DNA from: Trichoplax adhaerens
Lineage: Eukaryota; Animalia; Placozoa
Assembly: GCF_000150275.1 (NCBI RefSeq)
Contig: NW_002060943.1
Span: forward strand, 1,726,832 to 1,790,831
Direction of reading: 5' to 3'
DNA: 64,000 nt
Shown here: positions 1 to 14,771 of the stretch, piece by piece
Layout: every line of letters begins with the position of its first letter
Numbering within the stretch: position 1 is the stretch's first letter
The notes under the pieces: model-generated
Database searches by the model: none
The model's input: the letters and a program-made list of their open reading frames with translations, nothing else
Told to the model about the DNA's origin: nothing
Made by a program: the position numbers and the translations under genes

Positions 1-619
1 ACAACATCAAGTCAATGGAAGCTGTATTGGATCTTTCAATATATTAATAGTATATTGTCCAAATGAGAAGACAATAACCAAATTGAAATTAGTTTAATTG
101 AATATTGCTTCGTTGCGGGAGGGGTGCAAATTGGAATACGGTTAAATAATCCTGGTCATACAACAATAGTATCAACAGGGTAAAAGGACCAGCTGGCTTA
201 CAAGATATCCTTGCCGTATTGACGAAAAGGATGCAATACCAAATTGCCCAAAAAAGCAATGTCTACAATAAGCAATGACCTTAATTAAACAAGCAAAAGA
301 AGCACAATTTGATACTATAGCATCGCAGTTGAATTTCAAAGTAAGGACTAGCCAGTGTGCTTGGCAAAGCAACAAGTCGTTCAATTCACCAACAAACAGT
401 ATAGTCCAAAGTCAAAAGAAAGAACAAAAAAAAAAAATGCACTTTGCTTGAGTGAAAATGGTCAAAGTAAAATCAACCGCCAAGTACAAATAGTGTACTA
501 CAATCTGTCAACAAAGTAAAAATAAATCAAGTCAAATGGATAATTTCCAAGGACTAAAGTCAAGTGGACCATTCGTCAAAGAAAAATGAGTGAAAAAATG
601 CCAATTAAAAATGTTGCTC

Positions 620-1030
620 TTTCGTCTTTGGCGATATTCCCTTTTCTTAGCAATGCGGCGAAAAGCAGCAGCAGCGGAATCGGGACAGTGATAGTGTGAA
701 CGCGTGCGTGTGCAGCCTACATAAGGTATTGTAAGGATTAGACGGCAGACGGCCAATACCGTAATTTAAGTAGATTTTCACCTTGCCAACATGACCGTGA
801 CTACATGGGTACAGTACCGACGGCACACGTACAACACCACAACGGTGTGTTGCAGTGACGTCAAGTTAGCATACTGTCGTACAATGGCGTTGGTGGTCCA
901 ATCATCCGCTAGCCCATCCGACGTCGACTCGATCCAGTCTCAGGTCGACTGACAGGTAGAGACGGACGTTTCTCATGTTGTCACAGATCGATAGCACACA
1001 CAGCCCCACCCTCACAGTCGGTTAATCTAG
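620..1030. promoter_or_regulatory. GC-enriched promoter-like island, probably belonging to a gene lying left of the window
   Basis: Locally CpG-rich; perfect CRE TGACGTCA at 856-863; CCAAT boxes at ~753 and ~898; no recognisable CDS. Confidence 0.4.
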
Positions 1031-1046
1031 ACATGGCAGAGCAAAG

Positions 1047-1666
1047 CTAGCTGCTACGCTTTCCTCTCCTAGTACTGAGCTTTTCACGTTCTGGTCTAGT
1101 TCGTTATTTATTGATGATTATGCGGGATAGAAAACATTTTAGTATTCAGGATTCTCCATCTGATTTTCGCGCTTACTGGTCTAGTTAGTTATTTATTGAT
1201 GATTATGCGGGATAGAAAATATTTTAGTATTCATAATTCTCCATCGTCGTTGCTACCATGCAATCACATCTTGCTCTTGTACCTCGAGAGACAAAGCTTA
1301 GCGGCTGCTAGCTGCTACGCTTTCCTCTCCTCATAAGTAACCGCTTCTAGTACTGAGCTTTTCGCATACTCCTCTGGTTATTTATTTATTGATGATTATG
1401 CAGGATAGAAAACATTTTAGTATTCATAATTCTCCATCATCGTTGCTACCATGCAATCACATCTTGCTCTTGTACCTCGAGAGACAAAGCCTAGCGGCTG
1501 CTACCTGCTACGCTTTCCTCTCCTCATAAGTAAACGCTTCTAGTACTGAGCTTTTCGCATACTCCTCTGGTTATTTATTTATTGATGAATACGCACATTT
1601 TAGTATTCATAATTCTCCATCGTCGTTGCTACCATGCAATCACATCTTGCTCTTGTACTTCGAGAT
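1047..1666. repeat. Tandem repeat, ~190-bp unit, ~3 copies plus a partial ~90-bp subunit
   Basis: CTAGTACTGAGCTTTTC recurs near 1069, 1347 and 1540. GTTGCTACCATGCAATCACATCTTGCTCTTGTAC occurs three times. TTATTTATTGATGA occurs four times. Confidence 0.92.
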
Positions 1667-4600
1667 ACGAGTAGATTTAGATTGCTCGTGGGTGCAGAGA
1701 TATCCAACTCTACCATCGACTAGGAAAGACTGCCATCCTACGTCGAATCTACTGTATAAATGCAATCATAGACTCAAAATATCCCAAAGATAACAAACAT
1801 TCCCCGACTAGGATGAAATCAGGCATCATAAAATACTGCCCCTAAAATCACTTTCATCATAATTTGACATCCATTTTATCATTTCTCATCCATACTCGCA
1901 TCAATTATATTTCATAATTGTCAAATCATGAATAAGAAAGGCCATAATGGTGTTGGTATTTTCTCCTCATCGTAGCCAGCGCATCCATCCAAATGTATCC
2001 AAGCGTAGCCACATTGAATGCTTATCCATGGATTATAATTAATTAATTTACCATGAAAATTGAAATAGTTAAAATGGAATATCAAGAAGGTATTATTGCA
2101 TGGATGGAAGTTCACTGAAATATCACGTATATGACTCAAGATGGAACACAACAACCATTTCTATAAATACGCCTATTCAGAAGTTGACAGTAAAGCTTGC
2201 ATGCCAACTTATGCATCATTTGAATCATTTTATCACATGTTCATAGGAATAATTAAGTAATATATAAATAATAATCAATTGGCCAAATCTATATTATACC
2301 ATCGTACATCATGTTTGCACAGCAATCAAAATAAAGGAATCTAGCAACGAATCAATATTTTTCATAATCGGTATGATAAATCCTTTTCAATTTTCTTGGA
2401 TCGAGTACAATATGGTCTCAGCAGTTCTCAATTTTCCTCCTATGGATAATTGGTGATAATTTACTGTTCGTTCTAGTAAAGACAATCATAAAGCTTGCAA
2501 CATACACATTTCCGGTAGAAATTGCCAAACTATGTGAACTACATGTCAAATTTTCCGCTTCTAAATTACTTTTATACCTTGTACCGTTGCATAGAAATGT
2601 ACAATGTACTGATCATAGTACTTTGTACTTTGCACTTAACCACTTTTTACTCTTTCACTTGGCTATATTTCTAGAGTGATCATCAACGATCGTTACTCCA
2701 GTCATAAAATGACCATTCTAATAGTCTCTGACACAGGAAGAGTGGCTATCAAATTTCTCGAATTAATGATTAATACTGCATAATGCTAACAGATTAATGA
2801 ATCAATCGTTATGATCCAATATTTGCACACAATAATATAGCCCAGTTGGCAAGGCGATCAGAAAAGCTAAATAGTCACGTACACGTTGTAGCCCTGTTGT
2901 ACAGTTACAGTAAAGGTACATTAATTTGTATAGGTATATTACATTGTACGTAGAGCAACATACGTTATTTAAATACGAACAGACAGTATTAGGAAGTAAA
3001 GTTTATTGTTCGCCTAATATCCTATAATATATTTTAATCAATGCATTCATTTTAGATGCTTGAATTATTTACAGCTTATACTAACTCAGTGCCATATTAA
3101 AGTACAAGATGTACGTAGTAACCTTCAGGGCACTCTAGTAATCGCTTCCTAAATAGACTCCATTCAGGAATATTAAAGTGGTGTAATCGTTTCCTTAGTA
3201 GACTCCATTTAGGCACACTAAACTGACATGATCACTTATAATACTTTGTGTATTCCTTGTACCCCGCTGATTAGAGATAAAAATCATCTATGCTTTGATA
3301 CCAATTGTATATCTCCACTAAAAGTCAAAAATTCAAACTGCGACGCAGCATGCCATAAAAGAACGATTACATCATGCGGTGCAAGTGCAACTAGGATATC
3401 CATTAGAGTAATGTAAGACATTTTCGTACGTAGGCATAGCGCTAAGTATCAGCATCTAGCTGTATCGTAGCCAGCCCAAGAATCCATTTTCTCCACTATC
3501 ACTATTTTTTGCCTCCGAAAATCAGTATGCAGTTTCAGTTATTGCACACTACGAGTATCGCAGCCTTACCTGCTGATTATCTGGCCGAAGCACTCAATAA
3601 GAAAATTGTAACTCGAACCTCAAATATTATGCCACCGATTACTATATTTAAGCTACTAATGATAATCCTGATATCAGATCAACTATGATCTTGTTACTTG
3701 TTGCACATATGGGTATTATCGTTTAAATAATCATATCAAAATAGTATCCAACCAAGCAGAATAGGCAACTTGCAGACTGGATCTATATGAATCGTGCGGT
3801 GAACCAATAAGCAGACAAAATCAGACGACAACTCTTGTTGCGAGGGGGCTGGAAAAGACGGAAGGGAGTAGTATTTGAGTAGATATTCAGACAAATCAAG
3901 AATACTAATAATATTAGTCGTACTTTTCACTGTTTACCACCGCTATATAAGGAATACTATGACAGTACAATATTTACATTAAGATAAAATGATCACCTTT
4001 AGCGCGTAACTATAAACTCCAATCTAAATTTCTTGTTATCGAGATTGATCAAAGTTTTTCTCAATTTTAAATTACTAAATTCCAAAATAGATTTATAATG
4101 TTACGACCTCCTTCTTCTCATATAACAGCATGTAATGGTAATATATTTACAATATTGTTTATAGTGGCTATACTATTCACGTTTAACTGATACGACAAAT
4201 CACCAATTCATTCATCGATTGCAACAAATACTATAGCCGATATCAAATTGACAAATTTCATTTCATTTGAGACTTATCAAGACAGAAAGTGGTAGTTGCC
4301 AATATCTGAAACTTAAAATCTAAAATCTTATCACACACTTTAAATTAAGATATCACATGATCCTTATTAATATTACACAGTAACCCATCAATTAAACTAA
4401 ATTTGAAAACTATTGTATTGAAATATTTGTCTTAGCTTTAGATTGTGAACTACTGTGTTAAGTAATCAATATAAATTCCGTAGCGATCTATTACCAAGTG
4501 ATTCTAAATGAAGGATTGTCCTGGAGCATATCATCATCATCTATTCTTTTCGATTAATGCACTTAATCATTCCAAAAGAAAGATACGGTCACGTTTGTAT

Positions 4601-7600
4601 TGAAATAATTCAAAAGTATTAACTGTATTAAGCCTAAATCATAGTTATCTTAGCTAAGGTGGATAAATTGGAGTTAGCATTATAAAATAAAATTCCATGA
4701 AACATAGCAAATCTGTCGTCCTCCTGTAAAGTTATTTTGACATGGATTAACAGATTGGATAGAGGAATATTTATCTTTACATAGTTACTGCGATATTGTG
4801 CAATGTGTACCATATGTTTAGTATTATCGAAATTGGTTCATACTTTATTATTATATGAATAAATACAAGCATACATAACATAGTAGAAGATTCAAGAAAG
4901 ACCTACAAAAACAATTATACAACCTAATTACTATATCTGTAATCTTTACCAGATTCAAAAAGATCTTGCCGTTATAAAGTTACTTCTATGCTCTATTGAT
5001 ACGAATCAATTCGTATCCTAAGTCGGCAATAGCACATATACATTAGAGGAAATTATAGCCTTGTTAACACCACCTATATGGCTAGTTTTTTCATCAGAAA
5101 ATTTGTTACTACTCTTATCTGCCTCTATCGTAATATTACTAATAGTTTTCATTCTCTGCAAAGGTAGAAACTAGGGTGATCATGCCTGCTTGTTTAACAC
5201 TTTATTTCATGATTTCATTTAAATTTCAGTTTACTTCAGTATTTTGCCACGATTATTGAGGTAATTTAAAGTTATTTTACCGTATTATCATTTAAGCTAA
5301 CTGTAATAGCGATTACCGCTAACGATTGATGATACTGTACTGTATGATAGCTTTTATTAATTTTTAAAATATTGCATAACAAGCATTAGCAAATACAACT
5401 TATGTTGAGAAGGTCAATATCAACTCTAATGAATTGGCATTAACATTCTATTATTCCCCCGTGGAAACAGATTCGGCGATTAATTGTAGTAACAGCTGTC
5501 ACATCGGAATAACCTGTATAGGATCAACCGGTGTCATCAAAATTTTATTAATTAAACTGAAATATAACTTTACTCTACATATCTCAATGTCATATTGCAT
5601 GTTTGCAGAAGTAGCAGGTTTACGAGTACAAGTGCAAGGAAAAGCAGATTTCATAATGCTTAAAATAATCCAATACTATTCTAATTCAAGTTTGTAGATA
5701 TATCTGCCCCAGATTTAGTAACACTAATAAAAATCACTTACTGGATACGATCCAAATGATACGTTATGTGTCAATTTTTGTAATAAGCACTGCTCCATGA
5801 TCTAGTTCATTTAATCGTATTTACTTACCAAAGATGTAGTGGGCTGATACCATATTGTGCCTAATTATTAAAATATTAACAGATGGCTTACGGCATGTAA
5901 TAACTTTATAGATCCTGTATGATGAAATTAGGCAGACTTTATTGGAATACACCAATACGCTACCATCCTGCTTGTCTTCATGACTGGATAATCGCTGTAT
6001 TGCAAATGTTTCTTAGAGCAAATATGAATCAGATTCAATATCAACAATAATAACGAGATATGGATGCATGTATCATACCATCATATGGTAGATACTTTCA
6101 AGTTCAATATTGCAATCAAACCGATAACTTTAATTCACTACTTTAGGCTTTAAAATTTCGACTGTAAAATTTATACTGGTTGCTAAAAATAGATCTATTA
6201 CTATAGTCATACATAATCTGATTTATTATTTAATATAAAATCGCGTATTTAACCTGCGCTTCGAGATAATCTCTTTCTAATTTATACTAAAATAGATAGA
6301 TTTGTAGCCCTGAATAGTCTACAAGTGACGACATTATAGCATTATATTGGATTAGCGTGATTTAATTCTACCATCTGTGTAGTGAAATTAATTCAACAAA
6401 ACTGTTCAAGGAATAAACTAATTTTTAATCTTCAGTGTTCTGAACAACGTTATTAAAATCTATATCTTTCTATACTATATATGTAATTCATGTGTACTAG
6501 TTATAATATAAGTGATTGTAATACATATATCTATGTTACCTATAAATTTATATTGATGTACAATTAAAAAAAGTGTAGTGCTACCACTGTATTAAAGTAC
6601 TGCTCTGTGGCTTAGCATTACGTTATATAAAATTAATATATCGCTGACGCATAACGTATATCATAAGACGAGTATTCAATATACATTTGGAAATTTAATA
6701 GCAATTAGATTCTTAAATTGGTTAGCAAAGTTGTTTTCCGAGTATCTCAAGCTGGAAGTGGCCACCATCTTGTACGCATATACGCGTATATCGTATAAGA
6801 TGATAATATGATCAATGATTACGTTATCACGTTGTATCACTAAAGTGGTTATCATTTTAATTGCGTTTATTCAGTGAATGTTAGTTGAAAATCAAATTTT
6901 TCTTACATATAATTTCTACGAATAATTTACCTTTAAAGCAAAAATTCCCGAAAAATAGATCGCTAAACATTAGAATTTTACTTTCCTGTACCATTTCATA
7001 GCACAGAATTATCATTATGTACGCGGTTAAAATTCATTTTCTTTAATGATTAAGATATTTGCGATTTGGTGTAGATTTTTGAAAGTGTACTGAATGCACT
7101 GAGTGACTTATTGCAGTAATTAAAGAAGATTTACGACGTTGACTACGTGGATCACTAATACTAAGCGATAAGCAGATACCATTCCACCACAATTAAATTG
7201 TGACAGCTGTAGCTGCATATGACATCCAAGTAATACTGTAGCATAGAAATTGTTACATAAATTGCACAAGCCTTCACGATTAAAACCGGAATGTATCAGT
7301 CTCTCCTCAATTGAGCAAATCTAATATGATTTATCTTCCCAACAAACCTCAGAAAATAAAGGATTACTAGCCTAATTATTTTGAGGTTCGCTAGAATCAC
7401 ATTCCATCTCACACATAGTTCTATTATAATTATAAATAAGTTTTAAGTTTTATAGCGATCGTTCCCTTTGCAAATCAAGTGGCATTTCAGTAGAAATTAG
7501 CATGTTGTACCGTAACTTAATTATTATAGTGACAAATAGTTATAGTATAGTCGTTGTTGACAATAAGGGGAAGTTAGTTCAGCCAAGGGACTGCGATATT

Positions 7601-9944
7601 TTAGTCGTACCTAGGGGTATTTATTTAATCCTCTAAAAGTATATACATATGTACATTTCTCGTTCAAGGAATTAGCATTGAGATCTTAAGTCAGCTTAAA
7701 CTCATTCATTCGAATTTGTGCAGCCTTTATCCACTTAAGAATGAATGATTAGTGATATAAAGGGAATTTGCTGCATATTATTGGCCAAAAGATGACTACA
7801 GATATTTATGTTAAAAAGATTAGGATCATGAATGTTCTTCGCTAACCGAATAAGTGCTATTAAGAAGAGCATGGACCATGGATAACTGTCGGTTAATTGT
7901 GGAAAAAGTAAGTCTAAGCGCTACTACTATTATAATTACGGTACAGGATATAACTGTAACCGCACTAGGATCATTAAAGAGCTTTTTGTATCAATCGTGT
8001 GTTTGAATTTCTATTTATTTAAGGATTACTGACGTTGTTTGTGCAATATTATAGATAAAAGATTTATAAAGATAGTGCTGTGGATTGATAGTCGCATAAC
8101 CCAAACAATAGCCATTGCCATATTAATTGACTGATAGACTGCATTCGTAAAACTTTGCAATTACAGTATTGACAATATCGTAAAATGATTACATTGGCTT
8201 ACATTAACTATCGCATATGACAAGCCTGTTTAAAGCAATGTCCGTGTTACAGCAGAACGATATCAGAAGTATATCGTACATACACCTAGCTAAAAATAAG
8301 GTAAAAATATCCAAAAGTATCCATAATTGTTACAGTTATAACTGTAAGTGTATAAAGTGGAATAGTACTATTACTGTAGCATATATATCATAATTTCCGA
8401 TTAACAAAGTATAAATAATAATAATTATTATTATATTAATGCGGAGGGTACGTTCATATTTGATAAAATCGGCCGAGATACAATATCATAATTCAGAAAA
8501 GTATACCACTTCATAGAACAGATGTGAAATATGGATAGGTAAAATTAGAATAGAAACAGCTGGTTAAGTACAGTTGCATCGCCAGTAAAACTATTGGAAT
8601 AACGAAATACTTTTACAAGCATAATACTATAATTGCCTATATATCATGCTACGGTTAAATATATATGTGTTAATACCTTTAACAATAAGATTGTTATTAA
8701 GGTCTCTTAATCAAGCTAACTTCATGGCCAGCAACTCTTGGCCACTGAAAAATATTACGTCTAACAAAGTAGCACCAACAATCAAAGCCTTCAAATGCCT
8801 AGGTGTACACGCGTATGTCATCGATAATTATGATATAATTTATAAAAAGCGTATACGGCGGACGAAAATATTCGTCAACAAGGTAAAATGATAGCGAAAG
8901 TAGAGTAGTCACGTTTCAATATAACCATATGTAAGTAATACAATAAAGCGGATAAATTATTAGTAGACTACAATTGATTGACCTAATCATTATAAGATCA
9001 TTACGTTATATACGCGTAAATGCCATACCACGATATCTTTCATCATAATTAAAAGCAAAGCTAATATGCACCACGTTTAGTTAATTTACGCCGTACATAC
9101 TTAAAAATACAGAGTAATCAGTATGGATTAATTGACATTAAAAAACACTTTACTTACTAAAAAGGCTTAGATAGATTTATACATACATGATAATAGCATC
9201 TGCATAACAAAAATAATAACAATTTTATGAAAGGCATAGGAATCAGATAAATCACACTACTAAGAATGCGAAGACAGAAGCTAAACTCATGTTGCAAATT
9301 CGATAAAATAAATAATTATAAATTGTTCACAACTCCTTCAAGTCGATGACGATTTAGATCTCGTGACATTTGATATATATAGGAAAATTTTGCCGGATAA
9401 AAAATTGAATATTAAAATGTTATTACCTTTTGTTACCGCTGTTAAATGAAATGCACAATCAATAGAGATTAATATGCGAATAGTATCGATTAGCCATATA
9501 AGTTGATTATCCAGGAAAATACTCGAATATCATTCATTCCAGATAGAGCATTATAAGTTAGTGAAAAGATGCGCAAATACACGAAGCCCTAACCAATATA
9601 TTATGCTATTTAGAAAGAGGACCTATGAATAAAAATGTATTAACCGTATTAACGCCAAAATGTAAATCAAAATAATGTCCATAGAAGACTAAATACGCCA
9701 TTGTGTACTTCAAAGAAACAACTCTAAAGAGACATAATCTCAAGTTTCCGATTATATACCAGCGAAATACAACCAAAGCTAAAATGAAATGATTTGTAGA
9801 TATTTGCGACTAATACGGAACTTTCATCAGTAATAAGTCATAGCTACCAATTAATGTTTGTAAATTTGCCAGATTGCCATAACCAAAACTTTAACTAAGG
9901 ATTGTCCTTTAATATTCCCTATCAGGTAATCAGTCCGTAATTTA

Positions 9945-12900
9945 TTAAGCATATACTCCATTAGTATTGGCGGTTACATGGGAAACATTGTCACTTGCGT
10001 GATTTGATGGATGATCGTTGCCTTGAGGTGTAGGCAAACCTCCCGCATTAACGTACCAATCGACTCCAGGCTGCGTTGTGTTAATACCAGCGGTATCGCG
10101 TGCAGTTAAAGCCTTCGTATTTGGGCCTTGATCAAAAGATGTATGACTTGGCGATGATTTACTATGGGTCTTCATATGTTTTCGCAATGACGAAGGATGC
10201 GTGTATGCCTTTTCACATCCCGGTACTTTGCATATATATGGTTTATCAGAAGTATGAACATGCGAATGTTTTTTTCTATCGCTGGAATTGGCAAATCGAC
10301 GACCGCATCCTTCAAACTCGCATATAAACGGTTTTTCACCTAATAGCAATAGTGATATTATTAAATACAATACAGTTATTTTTTGCGCGCTCTGCAATAT
10401 ATCTACTTATCTGATTGAAATCAATTCATTAATCAATCATACTACTAGATATTATAGACCTAGACAGATATTACATTACGAGTTCAAATATTTACTTTCT
10501 ATTTGATAACAGAAGATGATAACGAAGTATGGCTCAGTTAATTTATATAAAGAAGTACTATATCACCCATGATGGTAAATCAAGTAACATTAATTGTATC
10601 ATTAATCCACGTGGCAATCAATAATGAAGCAATCATAACGTTATATTATTAAATAAAACTCGTTTCATAAAATGTAAGAGTAACATAGCTGTTAGAGATA
10701 CAATTGTACAATAGGATAGCATGCCTACGATAAAATAATTAATGAATGGGTAGCGATTCTTTATAAACCATTGATCAACTTTGATTTACAATATGCGCGT
10801 AATCTGTTAACGGATACTGTATACAAAGTAGGCAGGAAAAATAAGAGCGTTACTACTAAAACTGTATGAAAGTCATGAATCTATCTGATAAGCATTATCA
10901 AAGCCGCCAGTGGGAGATATTACAATTTGTCTACTTCATAAATAATAAATCATTTTCAACTTCAATCGTAAATCAACACCGAAGAGGTACCGGTAAATGT
11001 GCAGCATGCGAATTTTATAACGTAAAATTTACCATGATTCAGGTCGTACTAAGTTATTTTCAGCGCACTCATTGAAAATAAAAACATCAAGTATAATCTC
11101 TTGTTTTCTACCGTTCAAAAATACTAATTTAAAAAATTGATAAAACTTGCCTGTATGAGTCCTCTTATGGATTTTTAGGTTTTCAGAGCGGGCGAATAAT
11201 TTGCAACAACTTGGAAAAGGACATTGAAATGGTTTCTCACCAGTATGTACTCTAATATGGTTAACTAGCTTATATTTGGCTTTGAACGGTTTTCCAGCAC
11301 GTTGACAGTTTTCCCAATGGCATGTATGAGTGGTTTGATCAGGGGCTCCAACATGGTCAACATTTAAATGGGAAACAATTTCCTGCATAGAACCAAAAGT
11401 GCGGTTGCAAACCTTACCAAAACGGCTACTTTGACGGTCCTGGTTAATCCAGCGACATGTCAATTGCTCTTGCTTGGCTTGCGGACGAACAGTTGGTATA
11501 ATAGAGTGAAATGAATTATTTGGGTCGTGATTAATATGACCATGGGCGGATGGGTAATCGCTAGGTAATCTTTGAGCATGTTGATTTAAGCGAGAGTTTT
11601 GATCAATGTTTGAAAAATCGGTAAGGGATGGAGCCAAACCTAAATGGATAAATTAGTTCTTGCTTTAATTTACAACTTAAGTATATTATTACACGAAATT
11701 TGTAAACGCTAGGGTCGGTAACGCTAGTACATTAAACTTTTAAACACCCATCTCTATCTTGACTGAACATAGCATAAAAATATATAACGACTAAAATATA
11801 ATCAGTCGTCATTATTGTATTGATGAATTAGATTATATTACTACGCAGTCATGACTAAATGAGCCATCGATACCATGTGAGACTATAAAACTATCGATAA
11901 GGCACCAACTATGAACGTATTCGTAATAATTATTAAGCAGTAAAAGCTAGTAGGATAAAATGATAACGCTAATCTACATCTAAAATAATAATCTTAGATC
12001 ACACAGTACTACATCCTAGGTTCATTTTACTACTGTGCCAGGACTATGATACACTGCATGTGTACAGACACTCTCAGCACGTTACTGAACATCATATCAA
12101 ATGATTACTCGCAATGTGTCTTGCTTCCTATATTATCACTATATCCAATTTAATTTACTAAAATGCAAGCGATCATTTTATCTCGAGCAGCAATTGCAAG
12201 TTAAAAAAATACTTAGTATAGTCTAAATAGTTTCCTGTTGCGGCTAAACACTATATAACAGTTTATCGCCGAATGTGAGACGATGTTAAATAAATACAGT
12301 TGTACCGTGCAAATATTTACATTTTCTTTTATTTTAGCTCATTTGGAGGTGAAATTCTACTGTATTTCATCTTCAAATGTGAATATGGTCGGTCTCTAGA
12401 TTCACCATTTGTTCAATCAAGGATAAAACAGTATCCGTAGCAATGAAGCCCACTATGTAGCGAACTGTGTAAATCACTAACGGCTGTCCAATATAAGGGC
12501 TTTTTAAGCATAAATAGGTCAACATTTCAACTGATTCAGATGTTGCAAAAAGAGATTTCAATTTCTTTATATCATTAACCTCTCCTTCCTTTTAAAATGT
12601 GAAGACAAACACGCCGTCTTTAAGTGAATATGGATTCAAGCTGGCAAATGACATTTGCGTTTTATTGAGTCGGCCAAATTTGCAGAATCAACAAGTTAGT
12701 TAGCCGAAAGCACGCCATTGCCCCGGACACTGATGTCCACTTTCTTAACATACTGTAACGTACGGTGGTCCATGCTATCTTAATCAATCCAAAATTATAA
12801 TCGCTGGAGTTGTGCTAGCCTCGCTTATCATATACTGTACAGCTAAGAATTATTAGAATTTGTATTTAATAATCCATGAAATTGTGCCTATTTGGCACTT

Positions 12901-14771
12901 GTTGATCACGAAACGAAATTGGAGGATTGAATCCGTGGATTTATAGCGACCTATTCTACTACTTACTCGACATGGTTGCTCAATCATTCACACTAATCCA
13001 TTTCCCGCCTGATGAAATACTTTATGAAAAAATTTATGGATTGCGCTGACCTAAACTATTCACCACTCAGATTTCTCTCTTTCTCCGCATGTCTATAGTA
13101 CAGTGTACAGTATTAACAAAAGAGATTCTTCTGATGAGATCTAAATGGCAAGGCTGCCGTACATGCAACATGCTTTCAATTGTAGATACAGCAAAGTAAT
13201 GTAACGGAAATTTGTTACTGTAGTGAATATTAGTAGTAATGTCATCGATGTTATAGCAGTGTATCAATCACAACGAACATCCTGAATTGGGTGGATAAGT
13301 GTATTGCAGCTCTCAAAATGGCAACAATAGCTAACCAACTTCAAAGTACGTATATAAACAATCGAATCTCCTGTACTCGTATCTTCTGGAAGTAGATTAA
13401 TTAATTAAGCACGATCGTGATTCTCAGTGCCATACGAATTAGTTAGGCACAATATAAATGATAACAGTTAATGCTATTTATTGGAGCATAGATGCTTTAA
13501 AGGAAAGTAATCTACTACTTTGAATTGCAAAGCCCAGCTGGGAGCAAAAACATCACACGCGTATTAGGACACAGGCCATTGGTGTTCTACTTTCTGAGGA
13601 CCCCGTGCAAGCTGTTGTTTCATCGCGCTCAGTAAAACAAGTTATCTGCGTGCGTACTTTTCGAAAGTAGAATACCCTCAATCAAGATGATTTATGCCTA
13701 AAATGCAATCATTTACACATTGGATGTCTCCCTGAGTGGAATATGTTTGCTTTCTTATCTTAGAGAAGTATCGCATCCTAGTGTACAGCACGCTACCTTA
13801 TAGCACATTCATAATTATGATCACCTAGCAGCGATCTTGGAATCTACTCGCTATACTGCATGACGCTATCTGCAGAATATCACTTCACTAAAATATAACT
13901 AAAAAAGACAAACACAACCTTCACGTAGTTCAATTATATTGATGGTGAACTAAAAATTGATATATCAAATAGTAATTGGAGGATGACTGATAGGAGAAAG
14001 TTAAATAGAAATGAAAAGCAACTGTTAGGAAGGCGTAAATTTGAATTAGAATCATTATAAGTACACCGGAGGGGTCACCACTCTCTACTGTGCTATTAAC
14101 GAATCACTAGTGCATACGATAGTATAGATTATGATATACAGTAGCGTGTCATTGGAAATTGTCAATTTGTGATTTATAATTAATACGATAGCAACAATAA
14201 AATGGTTGGGCAAATTATTACTAAGCCCGTAATGTATCCAAGTCGATCAATATCCATACACAGTCGAAGATAAGCTTTACACTACTTTTTAATCATATTT
14301 ATCTGAACAGAATGGTTTACCTGGGAAAGGCGGAGGAAATCGGGGATCTCGCGATGATGCGATAACAAAATCGCCAGTTAAATGCCTTGGATGAGTAGGA
14401 TAATGAGCAGGAACTGAGTGAGGGGGTGGTGGCATTTGGTAGGTAGGATTGTGGATCGGAGCAGCAGAAGTAGTAAATGATGGCTGATTGGAAGCCTCAT
14501 TTAAACTTTGATGACGCATAGCATCGAAATAGGGATGAATGTTAGACGCAGTCATCTGTGGATCTTGTCCAGGATAGTCAGGCATTCTCATGGTAGGCGT
14601 ATGTTGATGAATGAATTGGCCAAGCACTCCGTTTGGCGGTGGTTGGCAATCAACAGGCGGCGGAAAGCGAAGTGAATTCGTCATCGTATTCATGTTGGGA
14701 TGATGTTGGACTGATTTATTCATCGTTAATAATGATGAATCTCCACAATTCATTACTAGAGCGCTGTTCAT
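9945..14771 (-). CDS. Zic: Zic-family C2H2 zinc-finger transcription factor, ~444 aa; coding exons 14771-14321, 11639-11151, 10339-9945
   Basis: Five tandem fingers with Zic signatures (CRWIN..C..H..H, CHWENC...[68 protein letters not shown]). Both introns are phase 1 and join in frame (451+489+395=1335 nt). Pro/His/Gln-rich N-terminus. Confidence 0.96.
10340..11150 (-). other. GC-AG intron between Zic ZF3 and ZF4 (HTG|EKP, phase 1)
   Basis: Minus-strand donor CAG|GCAAGT and acceptor TTAG|GTGAAAAA. This junction restores the canonical HTGEKPF linker. Confidence 0.88.

Noticed and set aside
1110-1165. TGATGA...CTGA in the tandem repeat as a snoRNA cluster
   Set aside because: Box spacing is too short and the D box is not retained at the same position in the other copies.
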